Positions 1-1,551 of a stretch of 1,551 nt of DNA are shown one piece after another. The notes beneath the pieces are model-generated. The model saw nothing but the letters and a program-made list of their open reading frames with translations, was not told where the DNA came from and did not search any database. A program made the translations under genes and the position numbers. This DNA comes from Escherichia coli. GTDB lineage: Bacteria; Pseudomonadota; Gammaproteobacteria; Enterobacterales; Enterobacteriaceae. Each line of letters opens with the position of its first letter. The first letter of the stretch is position 1. The stretch lies in assembly GCF_024298765.1 (NCBI RefSeq), contig NZ_CP101221.1, one strand, 5' to 3'.

Positions 1-477
1 ATGTTTATTGATTCAGAAAAACGACTGAAACAACTTTCAGATGAGGCAAAGAAAAACACCGAGGATCTCGAAGAAGCAAAGAAGAATTCAAGGTTTACAC
101 AGGTATCCCCAAAAGGTTGGGAACGCGTTCGAGAGCTGCTGAAGGATAGTCAAGGCATATCAGCACTGAAGCTGTACTCATTTTTAGCGGAGCATATCGA
201 TCCTACGTGTGGCGCTGTCGTTGCGGATCAGCAATTCCTAGCTGAAAAACTTGGAGTTAGCAGAAGCACAATTATTCGGTGGCTCAATTACTTAGAATCA
301 AAAAATGCATTAGTTAGAATCCCCGTTGCTGGTAAGGTTTGTGCGTATGCCCTCGATCCACATGAAGTCTGGAAGGGATACAACACTACGAAAAACCATG
401 CAGCGTTTGTCACTAAAACACTGGTCAACAAAGACGGTGATATTCAGCGCCGAATCATGGCCATGTTTTCAAATTGA
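1..477 (+). CDS. repA: Plasmid replication initiator protein, small winged-helix Rep (pKL1 RepA-like / RepL-like), 158 aa
   Basis: Uninterrupted ORF ATG(1-3) to TGA(475-477), the only long ORF with protein-like composition. It has a charged, Lys/Glu-rich N-terminus and a clear helix-turn-helix segment (DQQFLAEKLGVSRSTIIRWLNYLESKNALVR). Size (~18 kDa) and organisation match single-gene small enterobacterial plasmids. No HUH or catalytic-Tyr motifs typical of rolling-circle Reps are evident. If the molecule is circular, an in-frame stop lies at 1510-1512 and a GAGGG Shine-Dalgarno at 1539-1543, about 8 nt before the ATG. Family assignment is from memory, not from a search. Confidence 0.85.
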   Translation: MFIDSEKRLKQLSDEAKKNTEDLEEAKKNSRFTQVSPKGWERVRELLKDSQGISALKLYSFLAEHIDPTCGAVVADQQFLAEKLGVSRSTIIRWLNYLESKNALVRIPVAGKVCAYALDPHEVWKGYNTTKNHAAFVTKTLVNKDGDIQRRIMAMFSN

Positions 478-510
478 GCCAGCGGCAGGCGGACAATCAG
501 GGGCTACGTG

Positions 511-539
511 TTAACGTTTTGACCATGATTGTCTATCCT
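511..539 (+). promoter_or_regulatory. Candidate promoter TTAACG-17 bp-TATCCT directed into the GC-rich block (alternative -35 TTGACC at 519-524)
   Basis: Sigma70-like hexamers about 35 bp downstream of the repA stop. Orientation matches what a ColE1-like primer or other plus-strand ncRNA running toward the pas-like site would need. Both hexamers are imperfect and no transcript is demonstrated. Confidence 0.2.
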
Positions 540-647
540 GCATTGCTCTTTTGCCGCCTCAAAATCCCTTGCTTGTTTTTGCTCCCCGATCCCCAGAACG
601 ACCGCGCCGCCACGGTTCCGGCAGCGCCTTGAGCGCAACCGGAAACC

Positions 648-667
648 GTCTGGGGAGAACCCCAGAC
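648..667. other. GC-rich hairpin GTCTGGGG-agaa-CCCCAGAC (8-bp stem, 4-nt loop) within the GC-rich noncoding block
   Basis: Perfect complementarity of 648-655 with 660-667, directly seen. Further hairpin-forming segments nearby: ACGGTTCCGG (611-620) with CCGGAAACCGT (639-649), and ATGCCC-tgac-GGGCAT (845-860). Confidence 0.7.
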
Positions 668-971
668 CCCCATCGCTGTAACACCGACGGTCTACGACCA
701 CCAACCAGCCGAATAGCTGCCTGTGCCGTGCAAATAGGCTTTGCAGGGGGCTGACGCGGTTCCTAGCGACCTGAAAGCCCCTGGTTAGGGGTATCGGCGC
801 GCCTGACCTCCTGAGAGCCTCTGTAAGCGTTTTTCGCGCCTTCCATGCCCTGACGGGCATTTAAAACCCGTTTCGTGTGTCTGAGAGCTTCTGAGCGCGT
901 TTGAGGGGCTATCTGGCGACTCATCCCCGAAAGAACAACAACGGAATCACCGACAACATGCGAGAGGTGAC

Positions 972-1032
972 ACCGCTCGCCGCAGCCCCAGCGACCGAAC
1001 GTAGTGAGCGAGTGGGCGAGGAAGCGGAAGAG
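972..1032 (-). other. ColE1-type primosome assembly / single-strand initiation (n' site)-like segment
   Basis: The minus strand reads CTCTTCCGCTTCCTCGC...TCGGTCG...GCTGCGGCGAGCGGT. This matches the pBR322/pUC segment CTCTTCCGCTTCCTCGCTCACTGACTCGCTGCGCTCGGTCGTTCGGCTGCGGCGAGCGGT in blocks of 17/17 and 15/15, in the same orientation and order relative to the bom homolog as in pBR322. It contains the AAGCGG hexamer associated with factor Y (PriA) sites. Function here is inferred from homology. Confidence 0.45.
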
Positions 1033-1068
1033 AACCGGAAACCACATTGAGCACGTACGCACTGATGC

Positions 1069-1093
1069 GGGGTGTCGGGGCGAAGCCCTGACC
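1069..1093. repeat. Left copy of perfect 25-bp inverted repeat (GGGGTGTCGGGGCGAAGCCCTGACC)
   Basis: Exact reverse complement of 1298-1322. The two copies are separated by 204 bp (1094-1297), which includes the oriT nic-like segment. Confidence 0.95.
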
Positions 1094-1260
1094 AGACGGC
1101 AAACGGAATATCGTCGCGGGTGACGGTATTACATTTGCACATCCTGTCCCGATTTCTGAGGCGTTTTAGCGGTGAACGGACGGCAAAACCATGATGGAGC
1201 TGTTGAGCGTTGAGAGCGTGAAATCTGGCAAAAATCACGGCTGGCGAGGCTTGTAGCGGA

Positions 1261-1297
1261 ATAAGCCAGTATACACTCCGCTATCGCTACGTGACTG
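1261..1297 (-). other. ColE1/pMB1-type oriT (bom) nic region, orphan (no relaxase in window)
   Basis: The minus strand reads CAGTCACGTAGCGATAGCGGAGTGTATACTGGCTTA, which as I recall it is identical over about 36 nt to the pBR322 bom/nic region. The adjacent repeat copy 1298-1322 matches the pBR322 sequence just upstream (GGGTGTCGGGGCGCAGCCATGACC) with 2 mismatches. The ColE1 MbeA nick is reported within CTGG|CTTA, i.e. between plus-strand 1265 and 1266 here. Sequence and nick position are from memory. Confidence 0.6.
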
Positions 1298-1322
1298 GGT
1301 CAGGGCTTCGCCCCGACACCCC
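1298..1322. repeat. Right copy of perfect 25-bp inverted repeat (GGTCAGGGCTTCGCCCCGACACCCC)
   Basis: Exact reverse complement of 1069-1093, 25/25. Identity stops at both ends (1297 and 1323 do not pair with 1094 and 1068). Confidence 0.95.
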
Positions 1323-1324
1323 AA

Positions 1325-1353
1325 AAGGGCGTTGCGTTGCGCGCAACACCCTT
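1325..1353. repeat. GC-rich palindromic hairpin (core GTTGCGCGCAAC 1336-1347, outer arms AAGGG/CCCTT)
   Basis: Perfect 12-bp palindrome with flanking complementary pentamers, directly seen. It sits between the oriT-like segment and the AT-rich tract. The GTTGC/GCAAC motif recurs at 1331-1335, 1469-1473 and 1479-1483. Confidence 0.8.
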
Positions 1354-1360
1354 GCCTAGA

Positions 1361-1416
1361 ATAGATCTTTTACGCCGATTTGTAAGTTGTTGTTTTTTTA
1401 GTGTGTTTTTTGTTTA
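1361..1416. other. AT/T-rich tract (T7 and T6 runs); candidate DNA-unwinding element of the replication origin
   Basis: gatcttttacgccgatttgtaagttgttgtttttttagtgtgttttttgtttacc is markedly AT-rich compared with the GC-rich flanks and lies next to the repeated and palindromic elements upstream of repA. Confidence 0.3.
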
Positions 1417-1443
1417 CCTGTCGCATCCAGGGTGACACAACGT

Positions 1444-1464
1444 TGTCGCATCCTGGATGCGACA
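1444..1464. promoter_or_regulatory. 21-bp palindrome TGTCGCATCC-t-GGATGCGACA, with a third copy of the arm at 1419-1428; candidate RepA operator or origin binding site
   Basis: Perfect 10-bp arms around a single central base. The same 10-mer TGTCGCATCC recurs as a direct repeat 25 bp upstream (1419-1428). A further small inverted repeat GCAACA-agg-TGTTGC lies at 1469-1483, overlapping the candidate -35. Upstream location fits autoregulation by an HTH Rep, but binding is inferred. Confidence 0.45.
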
Positions 1465-1479
1465 ACACGCAACAAGGTG

Positions 1480-1508
1480 TTGCACAGATGTGTCATGATG
1501 GCTTAGAT
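1480..1508 (+). promoter_or_regulatory. Candidate repA promoter (-35 TTGCAC 1480-1485, 17-bp spacer, -10 TTAGAT 1503-1508)
   Basis: Sigma70-like hexamers with 17-bp spacing, about 40 bp upstream of the presumed repA start and overlapping palindromic elements. Both hexamers are imperfect (3/6 and 4/6), so this is a weak call. Confidence 0.3.
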
Positions 1509-1536
1509 TTGAACCAACGTTAGTGCATGGGATTTT

Positions 1537-1551
1537 CAGAGGGAAAAAATC
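1537..1551 (+). promoter_or_regulatory. Ribosome-binding site for repA across the presumed circular junction (cAGAGGGaaaaaatc then ATG at 1)
   Basis: Purine-rich GAGGG at 1539-1543 followed by an 8-nt A-rich spacer to the window end; the ATG at position 1 would follow immediately on a circle. Confidence 0.5.

Larger units (their letters stand above)
1..1551. other. Probable complete small cryptic plasmid replicon, circularly permuted so that coordinate 1 is the repA start codon
   Basis: The window begins exactly at an ATG and ends with an SD-like GAGGG plus an 8-nt spacer, so joining the ends gives a canonical translation initiation region. It holds one rep gene plus origin-like and oriT-like noncoding DNA. 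The size matches the smallest natural enterobacterial plasmids. Circularity itself cannot be seen in a linear window; this is inference. Confidence 0.5.

Noticed and set aside
326-514. Plus-strand ORF, 62 aa, overlapping the 3' end of repA in another frame
   Set aside because: Almost entirely nested within repA in an alternative frame, with no independent support.
551-754. Plus-strand ORF, 67 aa
   Set aside because: Pro/Arg/Gly-rich product within the GC-rich hairpin block and no SD sequence; consistent with a chance open frame in GC-rich DNA.
504-860. Minus-strand ORF, 118 aa
   Set aside because: Arg/Gly-rich low-complexity translation typical of a wrong-frame read through GC-rich DNA. No convincing RBS. 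Overlaps the other minus-strand ORFs in different frames and lies in a hairpin-rich region better explained as cis-acting or RNA-coding.
763-1062. Minus-strand ORF, 99 aa
   Set aside because: Same compositional artefact. Its 5' part runs through the ColE1-homologous primosome-assembly-like sequence, which is noncoding in ColE1/pMB1.
1046-1075. Possible cer/psi-like Xer recombination site (minus strand contains GTGCGTAC, resembling the XerC arm of ColE1 cer)
   Set aside because: Only an 8-nt core matches. The expected XerD arm at the correct spacing is poorly matched (about 5/11), and no accessory ArgR/PepA-binding region is recognisable.
921-1238. Minus-strand ORF, 105 aa
   Set aside because: Starts at a GTG, not an ATG (the plus strand reads CAC at 1236-1238). 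Spans the pas-like segment and the left inverted-repeat copy. Arg/Ser/Ala-rich with no recognisable domain.
1191-1256. Tiny plus-strand ORF (21 aa, MMELLSVESVKSGKNHGWRGL) inside the repeat-bounded segment
   Set aside because: No Shine-Dalgarno upstream, and too short to support without comparative or expression evidence. Worth rechecking only if Ribo-seq or conservation data appear.
1069-1322. Inverted repeats as termini of an IS, MITE or Tn3-family element
   Set aside because: No target-site duplication flanks the repeats, no transposase is enclosed, and the sequence does not resemble the Tn3 38-bp inverted repeat. The right copy is part of the native ColE1-type oriT sequence, so inverted duplication is the more economical explanation.
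960-1350. Cloning-vector (pBR322/pUC) contamination
   Set aside because: Homology is patchy and divergent (mismatches inside the 25-mer, unrelated 167-bp insert, no rop, bla or ColE1 ori), as expected for a natural relative and not for a vector fragment.
1-1551. CRISPR arrays, tRNA/rRNA genes, integrons, toxin-antitoxin or defence genes
   Set aside because: No regularly spaced direct repeats, no cloverleaf-compatible segments, and no second protein-like ORF; nothing in the sequence supports these.

Overview
The window looks like a complete, or nearly complete, ~1.55 kb small cryptic plasmid, linearised at the start codon of its only convincing gene. That gene (1-477, +) encodes a 158-aa winged-helix replication initiator. 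From memory it resembles RepA of the ~1.5 kb E. coli cryptic plasmid pKL1 and RepL-like small Rep proteins; this needs a database search to confirm. The other ~1.07 kb is noncoding. It contains (i) a GC-rich, hairpin-dense block (478-960) with no credible ORF; (ii) a minus-strand segment (about 972-1350) that I recognise as homologous to the ColE1/pMB1 (pBR322) region between rop and ori, carrying a primosome-assembly-like site and the oriT (bom) nic region; (iii) a perfect 25-bp inverted repeat (1069-1093 / 1298-1322) bracketing the nic region; and (iv) an AT-rich, palindrome-rich region (1361-1551) ending in a Shine-Dalgarno sequence, which on a circle sits directly upstream of repA. No relaxase, resistance, toxin or defence gene is present. 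I see no evidence of a novel multi-gene system; the interesting points are architectural. All homology statements rest on recalled sequences, not on a search.
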